The position numbers were made by a program, and so were the translations under genes. A stretch of DNA of 64,000 nt from Octopus vulgaris (lineage: Eukaryota). Below, piece after piece: positions 44,176-56,799 of the stretch (positions within the stretch are counted from its first letter, which is position 1; every line of letters begins with the position of its first letter). The notes beneath the pieces were generated by a model. The model searched no databases and had not been told where the DNA came from. It worked only from the letters and a program-made list of their open reading frames with translations. The stretch spans positions 44,702,001 through 44,766,000 of the forward strand of contig OX597817.1 of the NCBI GenBank assembly GCA_951406725.2, given 5' to 3'.

Positions 44176-44561
44176 TAGGTGTCTACTGAGGCAGAGACAG
44201 AGAAATGCTGAATATACGTCTCGGCAGAGTAGCTTCGCTTTTCTCACTGTTTCACTAGAAGCTAAGAGAGTAAACTATTAAATCGCATTAATCATTTTAA
44301 TAACATCAGAATTTTGCTCCGGGTCTTGCCTTCCTATGAACTTACGTCTAACTAAAACCGCAAAAAGTTATATAATAATCTCAGACATTAGAATCATTAT
44401 ATCTTTTGCTATTAGACGCTGTCTACCACGTTTGTTAATGATGTGAAAAGCTGTTCTTGAGCAGGATAATTTATTTGGCAACAACGAAAACAAATAACGT
44501 TTTAGGTGTTTGCAGATTTATTATTATTGATACAGCTTACAAATAAGGCCAAATGTGTGTA

Positions 44562-44659
<98 letters not shown>

Positions 44660-44993
44660 CAAAGTGTACGTACGCCGCTATATATATAAAATAAAATACA
44701 AAATGGGACAAGAACACAAAACATCCAGATAGACGATACAAAAAAGACGGAAGGGTCATTCGAAGCCTTTTATCTTCAGTCAAGAACCGGATCATCCTCG
44801 CAATTTCGGCTGATTAATCTTGTCATTGCTCCCATCTGGCCAGCCCGAAGGAAAAACTAAGCTAAGAGCATTAGATTCCTTGGTAAAAAGCATCGAATAT
44901 ATACGAAACATGGACGGAGAAACAGACTATGTTACACGAATATAAATACAAAAATAATACAAAAAAACGATAATAATAATTCTTGAATGAAGA

Positions 44994-45024
<31 letters not shown>

Positions 45025-45440
45025 GATGGATGTGTGTATGTTTCTCCTCTTTTTTAATCATTGCCATACTTCCTCTAAAGAATGAGCTGATTTTTAATAA
45101 AGATACAAAGCTTCATCATTGGATTATAGATAACGAAGACCACGCCAGTTTTGAAACCTGAGAATAGTCTTGCATATTTTTCTGTTTCGCTTATAGATTG
45201 TATTTACAATCTGCAGGTCAGTTGGGTGATATCTTTTTTCTGAAAATCCAAGCTTATCCGATTAGTTTTGGTATAAATGTAAATTTGTAATCCGGATATA
45301 CAGTCGGATGGTTTTGAAGCAATTGTCCATAGTTATCTTCGTTCTCTTTGATCTTTTTTTTTTGTATCGTCCATCTGGATATTCGTTGTCCCTTTTTGTA
45401 TCACTTAGTTGTCCGGATGTTTTGCGTTCTTGTCCCATTT

Positions 45441-45485
<45 letters not shown>

Positions 45486-45487
<2 letters not shown>

Positions 45488-46060
45488 GACGGGCTTCTTT
45501 CAGTTATCATCTACCAAATCCGTTTTCAAGGCATTAGTTGGTACGAGGCTATGGAGAGACTCACATTCTCAAGAGGCCACTAAATGGAGCCGAACCCGGA
45601 ACCATGTGGTTGGGAAGCAAGCATCTTACCACACAACCACACTGTATGTATGCATGGGTGTGTGTAAGACCCCATGACTCATTCTTTGTAAGCCTAGTAC
45701 TATCCGTTATTATGCTGAACCACTAAGTTACGGGTACATAAACACACCAGCATCGGTGGTCAAACGATGGTGGGGAGGGGGTCAAACACACACACACAAT
45801 CATACACACACACAATCATACACACACACACTCACCCCCATATATATATATATATACTCTTTACTCTTTTACTTGTTTCAGTCATTTGACTGCGGCTATA
45901 CTGGAGCACCGCCTTTAATCGAGCAACTCGACCCCGGGACTTATTCTTTTGTAAGCCCAGTACTTATTCTATCGGTCTTTTTTGTCGAACCGCTAAGTAA
46001 CGGGGACATAAACACACCAGCATCGGTTGTCAAGCAATGCTAGGGGGACAAACACACACA

Positions 46061-46102
<42 letters not shown>

Positions 46103-46250
46103 TACGACGGGCTTCTTTCAGTTTCCGTCTACCAAATCCACTCACAAGGCTTTGGTCGGCCCGAGGCTATAGTAGAAGACACTTGCCCAGGGTGCTACGC
46201 AGTGGGACTGAACTGGGAACCATGTAGTTGGTAAAACAAGCTACTTACCA
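45486..46250 (-). mobile_element. Cluster of SINE family C copies (near-complete 45856-46250; fragments 45486-45640, 45680-45790)
   Basis: Reverse complement of family C segments. Confidence 0.82.
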
Positions 46251-46297
46251 CGCAGTCAATGTATATGTATGTATGTATGTATGTATATATATATATA

Positions 46298-46500
46298 AAG
46301 TTAATCCAAACAAGAAAACAAAAAAAAACACAACAACGCGAGGATGTGGAACAAGTATAGTATTATTGGACGCTCAGGAAAGAAGGAAAGGAGGGTCTAA
46401 CGTTTCGAGCGGAGCTCTTCGTCGGAAACATAGGAGAAGGAAAGATCCAGAGAAGGGAAGACAGAGGAAAAAAAATCGCCAATGGTACACCCGAGGTCAC
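46298..46500 (-). mobile_element. Second copy of the hammerhead-bearing ~220-bp element
   Basis: gttt-CCGACGA-a-gagc(tcc)gctc-GAAA-cg-TT-agac at 46429-46395; homologous to 13952-14170; TA-rich flanks. Confidence 0.75.
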
Positions 46501-46519
46501 ATATATATATATGCACACA

Positions 46520-46666
46520 CGACGGGCTTCTTTCAGTTTCCATCTGCCAAATCCTTTCACAAAGCTTTGGTCGGTACGAGGCTATAGTAAAAGATACCGG
46601 CCGAAGGTTCCACACAGGGAACTGAACCCGGAACCACGTGCTTACCACACATCCACTCCTGCGCCT
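46520..46666 (-). mobile_element. SINE family C head
   Basis: GGCGCAGGAGTGGATGTGTGG...GAAAGAAGCCCGTCG on the minus strand. Confidence 0.8.
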
Positions 46667-47709
46667 ATATTTACAATTTTAAATGCCTGCAGTAAATTAT
46701 TGCCCTTTTTGACCTTACCTAGATTGGCCTTTCACGCCCACTTTACTGGAACTTTAACGTTTGACCTCTCACTCCTATGCTGCACAGATATATCAATATC
46801 ATTACTATTACTTTTATCGTTGTGTTAAATATATATATCACCATGGGTTCACAACATCTGAATAAATTTCACTATTGCTGCTTCAAACGTATTTGCTTTA
46901 GAATGTACTTCTTGAAGCGAACTTCTAGATGGTGAAGCACAAGTGTTAATTCTTTAAGAATTATTACCACCATATTATTCAGTTGCACTAGATTGTTGCT
47001 GGTATTATTTATTAAACAAGATCAGAATGTCTCTTAAATCAATATGCAAATTTTTAAAAAATATTTTCCTCCAATAACCTGTGACCCTCGTCTATAAATT
47101 TGTCATCAGTCAATGATCTCCTGCTTCATCCTGAGCAAATTTTTCTTGAGGACTAATACACATAGAGGGAGCTTTATATCTGGACAACGCTTATCGCTTA
47201 AAAATTAAAAAAAAGTCTATTTAATTTGGTTCCGTAGGCTGTGAGTCAGCTAATGCGACAGTGAACAAATTCATCTCATGAACCGTATATTTCATTAAAA
47301 TTATTCAATTCATTTTTGGGAATAACAGTTTTAGCGTGGGTATAAGGGTGTTACAAATAAAATTTTGTAGGGTATAAACATCTTTTATGATTTTGTTGCG
47401 GACATGAAAATAGTAGCCTAGTAAGTGAGGAACTATTTTGAAACCAGAGACAAAGAAAGCCACTGATAACATTAATAAAATGCGAAATCACTGGTGATGC
47501 GACTATGCCTGATTGTTGTAGGTAGCTTGCCTCCCCTGTTAGTCATTAAGATAAATACTTTCTATTGGCTATGAGTTGTTTTGACTCTTATTTCCAGTAA
47601 TACTGGCCCTGACTAATGCCTTTAGCTATTTTACCGTCGTATATATTACCGTTTTTCGGTTGCAAAATTGCGAATGAGCTACCCTTATATACATACATAT
47701 GTATACAGT

Positions 47710-47870
47710 GAGAATTTACAAAAGAATAAAAGACGAAGACGGGTGTATAAACAACAAATAGATGTATTAGTTTAACGCTCAGGAAGTGAGAAAGTCTTTT
47801 ATGTTTCGAGCCTACGCTCTGAGACAGAAAGAAACACAGAAATAAACAGGGAGAGAAAATAGAAGGTTTA
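47710..47870 (-). mobile_element. Second copy of the variant-hammerhead fragment (see 11161-11320)
   Basis: gagc(gtag)gctc-GAAA-ca-TA-aaag retained, 5' core degenerate (CTGTCTCA). Confidence 0.6.
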
Positions 47871-48732
47871 GTGGGCTGCAATCTCTCATGACGGGGTCAC
47901 ACAGGACAGCTAGGAAGAAGGGAAGATAATAAAATAGTGGTGATCCCAAAACGAAGGTGCGCTTGCGTCTGTATGTGAGAGCGTGTATGTGCGTGTCGAA
48001 GGGGGCTGGTGACCTTGACATGTGAGTGTGTGCATGTGCAGGTGTGTGGATGATGGTGTAGATGCTGGGAAGTATGTATGCATACATGTATATATATACA
48101 TTAAAATCTTTGGAAGTGCCGAATGTGTTGATATTTTACATCGCGAAAAGTAAATTCTGAAAGTAGGATAGCTGTGAAAACAGTAGAGAAAGATCGGGGA
48201 TTTACACTTAAAAGACGGGAAAAAGTAGTGTTTGTCACTGATGGACTGGCTAAAACATAGACGCCTACAGTGGAAGTCTCGGTATGTGTTCACCAAGAAC
48301 AATGATTTCGCAGTGCAGAGATGTGAGTTGCATGCATCCATTACAAGAGGAGATATGATCAAAATGTCACTGGTATCAAGAAGTTTGGGGGGTGGTAAAG
48401 AAAGCAGATGTATTTGGGAGAATGACTTAGGGAGACATGGAACCACATAAATGGAAGTTGTCATTGTTAAGACACAGGAGACAGAGGTGGGCAGAGAACC
48501 TAGAGAATATGCAAGCGCAAACACCACCATTTAAAATTGATTTGTGTAAAATTAATTGAGGTTTATAGATAAGAGTTGGGAAATTTGTGTGTTAGAGAGT
48601 AATGGGATTTGAAATTTACCTTTGAAGAAGAGGTGATGTGTGGGAACGAGGTTTGAGACGAAAACTTCGAATGCTTGAGGAGCGGACAGAGAATAGAATA
48701 CCATGTTTAGATTTATACTTTGGCAACATGCG

Positions 48733-49057
48733 TTTGGTGGAGGCGCAATGGCCCAGTGGTTAGGGCAGCGGACTCGTGGTCGGAGGATCGCAGTTTCGTT
48801 TTCCAGACCAGGCGTTGTGTGTGTTTATTGAGCGAAAACACTTAAAGCTCTACGAAGCTCTGGCAGGGAATGGTGGCGACCCTTGTTGTACTCATTCCGC
48901 CCAACTTTCTCTCAAACTCTCTTCCTGTTTCTTGAGTAACGCTGCGATGGAATGGCGTCCCATCCAGCTGGGGGGAACACATAGGCCACAGAAACCGGGA
49001 AACCGGGCCCACGAGCCTGGCTAGGCTTGAAAAGGGCGCATGAATAAATAAATAAAA
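48733..49057 (+). mobile_element. SINE family A with 8-bp TSD and (AATA)n tail
   Basis: AACATGCG at 48725-48732 and 49058-49065. Confidence 0.88.
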
Positions 49058-49984
49058 AACATGCGGATGATGAGGGTGTTGACGTATCGATTTTTAAGAC
49101 AGCATAGCTTGAGAAGATTCTGCTGGTATTTCTAGCATGTTTCCTGATGGCTTGTGGAATTTAATATTTCAAATCTCTCTTAAACTTGTGATTTAAATCT
49201 AATTAAGATATATTTTCTTATCCTAATGAAGTAAATTTCTAATTAAAATGTTTATTGAAATTATATATTTGATTTCGATACATAGCTTTTGAAATTTGCT
49301 TAAAAAGATTATTAAATTAAAAGAATATTTCTCTACTGCGCATTTTTTAATTTTGTTTTTGCTCACTTATTTGTGATGTTTTATTTGTAATAACTTTATA
49401 TTGTTAAAATTTCAATTTTTTAGAATTCAGATGATTTTAATGAAAATAAAAATGCTTTTGTGTAAATGATAATGAAAACAATTTACCATTTTTAATTAAG
49501 ATTATATTGCGCAATAAACGAGGGAAGAAGATTGCGTATAGTTAGCGAAAATTTACCAAAGAGCTGCTTCAATCATTGCAAAAATTAACAGTAGTTATCA
49601 AAGATTGTATAGTTTCGTAAATAATGAATTTGTTTCTGTCTGACATAACTGAACTATTTGCTTCTGCTATTGAAGTCTGAAATTTGTTTATACAAGTGAA
49701 GATCTTTCATACCACTGTAACTGCGTGGGTTGTAATTATTGAGACTACACTTGTAATCCACCAATTCTAGTTAATAAATGAAAGCTTCTGATTAAAATAT
49801 GCATAGGTTTTTGCTGAACGGATTAATAAACACAAAGCATGCATGGAAATCGCTTAGCAGTTTTCTACGAAAGCTATGTATGGCAAGAAGCTGCTAAACT
49901 ATTTGTCGTATATAGTCAATAAAGTTGAGCACTTCTTTCAACAAATTCTCCATATTTTTACTTCTTCATATATAACAGGTGGAA

Positions 49985-50590
49985 AGGCGGCGAGCTGGCA
50001 GAATCGTTAGCACGCCGAGCGAAATGCTTACCGGTATTTCGTCTGCCGTTACATTCTGAGTTCAAATTCCGCCGAGGTCGACTTTGCCTTACATCCTTTC
50101 GGGGTCGATTAAATAAGTATCAGTTACGCACTGGGGACGATATAATCGACATAATCCGTTTGTCTGTCCTTGTTTGTCCTCTCTGTGTTTAGCCCCTTGT
50201 GTGTAGTAAAGAAATAGGTATTTCGTCTGTCGTTACGTTCTGAGTTCAAATTCCGCCGATGTCAACTATGCCTTTCATCCTTTCGGGGTCGATAAATTAA
50301 GAACCAGTTACGCACTGGTGTCGAAGTAACCGACTTAATCCGTTTGTCTGTCCTTGTTTGTCCCCTCTGTGTTTAGCTCATTGTGGGTAGTAAAGAAATA
50401 GGTATTTCGTCTGCCGCTACATTCTGAGTTCACATTCCGCCGAGGTCGACTTTGCCTTTCATCCTATTGGGGTCAATTAAATAAGTACCAGTTACGCACT
50501 GGGGTCGATATAATCGACTTAATCCGTTTGTCTGTCCTTGTTTGTCCTCTCTGTGTTTAGTCCCTTGTGGGTAGTAAAGAAATAGGTATT
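49985..50590 (+). mobile_element. SINE family B trimer (48-bp head + 3 x 184 bp)
   Basis: Units start at 50033, 50217 and 50401; TSD TAACAGGTGGA at 49973-49983 / 50591-50601. Confidence 0.92.
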
Positions 50591-50595
50591 TAACA

Positions 50596-50906
50596 GGTGG
50601 AGGCGCATGGCCCAGTGGTTAGGGCAGCGGTCTCGCAGTCGTAGGATCGCGGTTTCGATTCTCAGACCGGGTGATGTGAGTGTTTATTGAACGAAAATAC
50701 CAAAAGCTCCACGAGGCTCCAGCAGGGGGTGGTGGCGATCCCTTCTGTACTCTTTCGCCACAACCTTCTCTGACTTTTTCTTCTGTTGGCCTGCTCGCTT
50801 TGCTAGCGGGGTGGCCTCATTTGAAGGCTAAAACAATGCGAAGCACATTGTGGCCAGCGATGTGTAGCAACATCTGATAGCGTGGTCGGTCACGGTGATC
50901 ACGGTG
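50596..50906 (+). mobile_element. SINE family A with (CACGGTGAT)2 tail
   Basis: Colinear with 4385-4681; downstream TSD-like ATATTTAACAGG at 50907-50918. Confidence 0.88.
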
Positions 50907-52059
50907 ATATTTAACAGGGTCACTTGTGTCACAACGTACTTACGAATGTTAATGTTTTGAAGCATAACATCCTGAATATTTCTATGAAAATGGAACTGTT
51001 TTCATTAAACTAAAGTAATTCCTAGTTGTCATAAATTATAGCAAATAACTTCAGAATATTGTTTTGGCTGAAAATAGATAATTGAAAAGCATGCAATTTC
51101 ATTAAAATCTTTATTTTCTTAAATTCTACCATACACTTCATGAAAGGAGTAGAATGTTACAATAATGCATTCCGTACAATCTAAATTATAAACATTTCTA
51201 TTTAGCACAGGAATCTTGCCGCCGTCACACTATCTATCTTTCTACCCCTCAAACACCCTCTCCCTCTTATCTTTCTCTCTATTTCTTTCTCTCTCCCTTA
51301 TTACAGCGCTCTGTTTTGGAGAGGGTTGTAGCAATGACAATGGGCAGAAGGTGCTTAAGTCTGATAGGCGATTTGTTCATTGTTAGAAGAGTAGACTGGG
51401 GTAAGTTGCACAGCAGCAGATATTAGAAGAAATATAATTAGTGAATTGTCAAATATTCCACGTAATTTCAATAATTTAAAGAAATATTTGCGTGTAGTAA
51501 AGTAGAAGTGTTCCTGAGAGATGATCATGGCTTCTTGTCAAGGAAACCTGATGTCATTGAAATGTCATAGCAAACATATTCTTAGTCTAACAGTCTGAAA
51601 ACGAAAGCGTGAATTAGAGCAAGCAATTTTAAACGTTCGCCATTTTAAAATTCTGCTCTGCGTAGGAAATTAAGCATGCATATGTTTATTTTGATGTTTA
51701 TATGAGATGTTATTTATGAATAGTTGCTGCGGAGGTGGTATGTCTGTAGTGAAGTGTGCGTGCATCTACTTTGTGAGAAGCAAGATAAATTCATGAATTC
51801 ACTGATTCATTTCCGCTCAATTATCTATTAACATATTTAAACGGACACTTCACACCCACATTGCATGCACGCCAACACACAAGCATACATACAAAAAAAA
51901 AAAAAAAAATCAAAACAAAGCAAAAAACAAAAACAAAACAAAAGAATGCAAAGTACTCACAGTCTGATCGCTTAACTTTTCTCTCCTGAGCATTTTCCAA
52001 AAAACACATGCGTAAAAGTTAACACATATGTAAATCCATACATACACCATCGCACGTGT

Positions 52060-53070
<1,011 letters not shown>

Positions 53071-53734
53071 GGTAAGATAGCTATGCATATATGTGTGTAT
53101 AATTTGAATTAAATAAAAGAGAGTAAACATTAATGGTACAAGGAACAGAATAGACGGTGACAGTGACTACAAATCCAGCATATCATGAAACATGTGTGTG
53201 ATTCTTTGCCTAGTTGCAGATGTGCAACACTGAAATACCAAGCTGAGCTAATTCTCGCATTCTCTCTTAATTCATACATACATAATACTTACATATACGC
53301 AAACCTACTTACTTAACTCCGTCCCTACATATAATCATACATACGCACACATGTACCTGCATTTGTAACGGAATAAACGCTTGCAGGAGCAATTTGCTTT
53401 GCTATGGTTTATATGCTGATTTTTAAAATGAATTTCTGCTAATTTCCGATGTTTTTCATTTTGTTTTCTCAGCAAATGGCTTTCTCCATTTGCTGTCATC
53501 GACATACATTCATTTAAATATACTTTGTCATCTGCCAATATTTTCCTCTTAATTTTATTTCTGATTAAATTCAATGCATACGGATTGTTATTTCTGTTTT
53601 CTCTGTCTGTCTGTCTGTCTGTCTCAGTCTCTCTCTCTCTTTCTCAAAACCACACACACACTCATAGACACACAAAAATATATATGTATATACATATACT
53701 TTTATACATGGACATGTATACATTTACGCATCTA

Positions 53735-53803
<69 letters not shown>

Positions 53804-53939
53804 TTTTGTGTTTTTATGTATGTGTGTAGGTGAAGTATGCCTATCTATTTATCAAGCTACTAACCTACATACCGAACGTCTCTGTTACTATCTGCTTGTC
53901 TGCGATCTTGTTTCTTTGTCCCTCTCTTTCTCTCCATTT

Positions 53940-53941
53940 GC

Positions 53942-54005
<64 letters not shown>

Positions 54006-54104
54006 TTATCTAACTCTCTATCTATCTATCTATCAATCTATCTATCAATCTATCTATCCATCTATCTATTTATCTAACTCTCTATCTATCTATCTATCTA
54101 ACTC

Positions 54105-54185
<81 letters not shown>

Positions 54186-54200
54186 ATATCTATCTATATA
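53940..54200. repeat. (TATC)n microsatellite
   Basis: Read directly from the sequence. Confidence 0.95.
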
Positions 54201-54241
54201 TGGTCCATATATATATGGTTCATCTAAACATATATGCATGC

Positions 54242-54273
<32 letters not shown>

Positions 54274-54874
54274 ATATATTCATGTGTGTGTGTCTTTATA
54301 TATGCATTTTATACGATATATATATACATATATATAACTAAAAATATACACATATATATTATATAAAATATAAGTACTTATGTATATATGTGTGTACGTA
54401 TGTACCTAAATACCAAGTGTCCTTATATTCTTTTACCTTTCCGTTTTCCTCCTGTTAACTCAATAATATTAGACATTCTATTGTTAAGATATTTTCATTA
54501 TTAATTGTGCTTAATTTCTTTTAGTTGTTATTTTAATTGTCCTGTCTTAAATTCTTAGTTTATTTATCCTTTGCTGTGTTTATCTTTGCTATTACAGAAC
54601 ATTTTCATTATTCTAACTCATCATCTCATCTATTTTTCTTCAGATATTTTTTTTGTTTTCTTTTTCCGTTTTATTGTTTGTTTTTACTGTCTGTTTCCAT
54701 TGTTGCCTCTTTCTTTTTTTAATTTCTTTCATTTCGCGTGTTTAAGTATTTAGCAACTTGCATTTCTTTTTATTTACGACTATCTTTTAAATATTGTTTT
54801 GAATTTCACCATCACAGCCATCACTACCAGCGCTGCTACTGCGACTATTACTGCCACTGCTGCTATAAAGACTG

Positions 54875-54927
54875 GTGATGATGATGAAGAAGATGATAAT
54901 GTTAACGATGGCGACGACGACGACGAC

Positions 54928-54983
<56 letters not shown>

Positions 54984-55003
54984 TAATAATAATAACAACA
55001 ACA

Positions 55004-55062
<59 letters not shown>

Positions 55063-55067
55063 CAACA

Positions 55068-55158
<91 letters not shown>

Positions 55159-55165
55159 GTAATGA
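54875..55165. repeat. (AAT)n with a repeated AACAACAACAA interruption
   Basis: Read directly from the sequence. Confidence 0.95.
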
Positions 55166-55588
55166 TAAAGAAAATAAGAATATGGTCGCTATTTCTTTCT
55201 GTAGATAAAACACTAGTAAATTATAATTAAATCACGTACAACTAGCTCAGCTACGTGAGCAGAAAATGAAGAATAATAATAGGCAAATGGTGATCACCAT
55301 ACATAGGATCTAAATATCTAGGAATACAGAAGTGCGACGTGCTTTACTTATACATGGAAGGTTGAAAGGAAGCGTATAATTTCTTTCTAATGTAGTCAAA
55401 GAAAATAATCTCGTGCCGTAGAAAATTAACATAGAATGGACGCTGTGGTAGAGCGGCAAATAAAAACGAGAATGTAAACACGTTAATCTTGAACAGGGAA
55501 GAAATGTTTTATAAAAGCATGGAAACAGCTATCACTGAAATTGAACTGTCAACATGTTAACCGTGTGTCTCTTGCCTTTCCCAGTATA

Positions 55589-56149
55589 TTGGGTTGTCCG
55601 GAAAGTTCGTGCCGGTTTATAGTAGCTTACATTTCGACTTATTTTAGAACATGGTTGAGTCCAGAAAATAGGATTTGACTACAACCTCCATTTAAAGCAC
55701 AGTTTAAACTATCTTTTCGTGGAAGAAGGTTTATGTTCCTATAACCTGTGTTAATGTTGTAACCCTTTAAAATGGAAGATACGAAAGTTCATTTTCGGCA
55801 CTTGGGGAACCAGACAAAAATTGCTGCAGCTCGGATGGGATGTCTTACCCCACAGCCCATATTCACCAGATATTGCTCCTTCGGATTTCCACTTATTCGG
55901 GTCTCTGCAGAATAGTCTTAATGGTAAAAAATTTCAATTCCTTGAATGACGTAACAAGATACCTTGGTGAATTATTTGCCATAAAACCACCTCAATTCTG
56001 GGAAGGGGGTATTTTCAAGTTAAAGGAAAGATGGAGACGCATTATGCAACAAAATGGTTCATATATGGTTGATTAAAAATGTAATGGCAAGTATTTATTG
56101 ACATTTTTCTTTCCTTTAAAAATCGGCACGAACTTTCCGGACAACCCAA
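55589..56149 (+). mobile_element. Internally deleted mariner element (561 bp) with intact TIRs and TA TSD
   Basis: TIR TTGGGTTGTCCGGAAAGTTCGTGCCG at both ends, TA flanks; ATG 55772 MEDTKVHFRH fused to LGWDVLPHSPYSPDIAPSDFHLF...KLKERWRRIMQQNGSYMVD* (56076). Confidence 0.95.
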
Positions 56150-56799
56150 TATAATATTTATCAATATGTGGTAGAATCTGGCCAACGGCAGAAAATAGAA
56201 GAAATAAGTTTACAATGAAGAAAAATCAAGAATATTTTGAATAAGTGTTGAAAATTCTCAAGTGTTTAGGGCATATTCCTGCAAGGTTTGGCAAAATGTT
56301 GAAGTTTAATGATTAGTTGCCCCCTTCTGTGATAAATCCATAGCTATCATGCTAGTTTTGTTTCCTTCATCAAATCACGGATTAATCATCGTACGCAAAC
56401 GCTCCTTTATAAAATTCCATTCGTCTGGAATTCTCTCCTTATTCATATTTTACTTCCAGCTGCTTGAATTGCAAAGGTTCAACAGTAATAGCCTGAATCT
56501 CGGTATCGTAGGAGCTGTGTAATATACGAGTTGTATTAGTTGTTCATGTTATCGTTTTATGTATCGATAACCTGAAGACGAGCGTTGAGTTATTTTATTG
56601 AATGTTTATCATATACAATACATGTTCTGTAATTTCTGCTATTTTCTTAGGTATGCTTTGCATAGGATATCCACTGTGTGCGGAAAGTATTCTATTTCAA
56701 ATATGATCAGGCTGAAAAATCTACAGCGTAGAAAGTGGTCCCTAAATAGCAGAAGTATTTTTTGGATAATGTGTTAAGTTTTGAGTAATGGCACGGTTC

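Noticed and set aside
47910-48530. 206-aa ORF as a gene or GIY-YIG remnant
   Set aside because: No convincing motif; it may be decayed sequence upstream of the 47710 terminus, but I cannot support a call.
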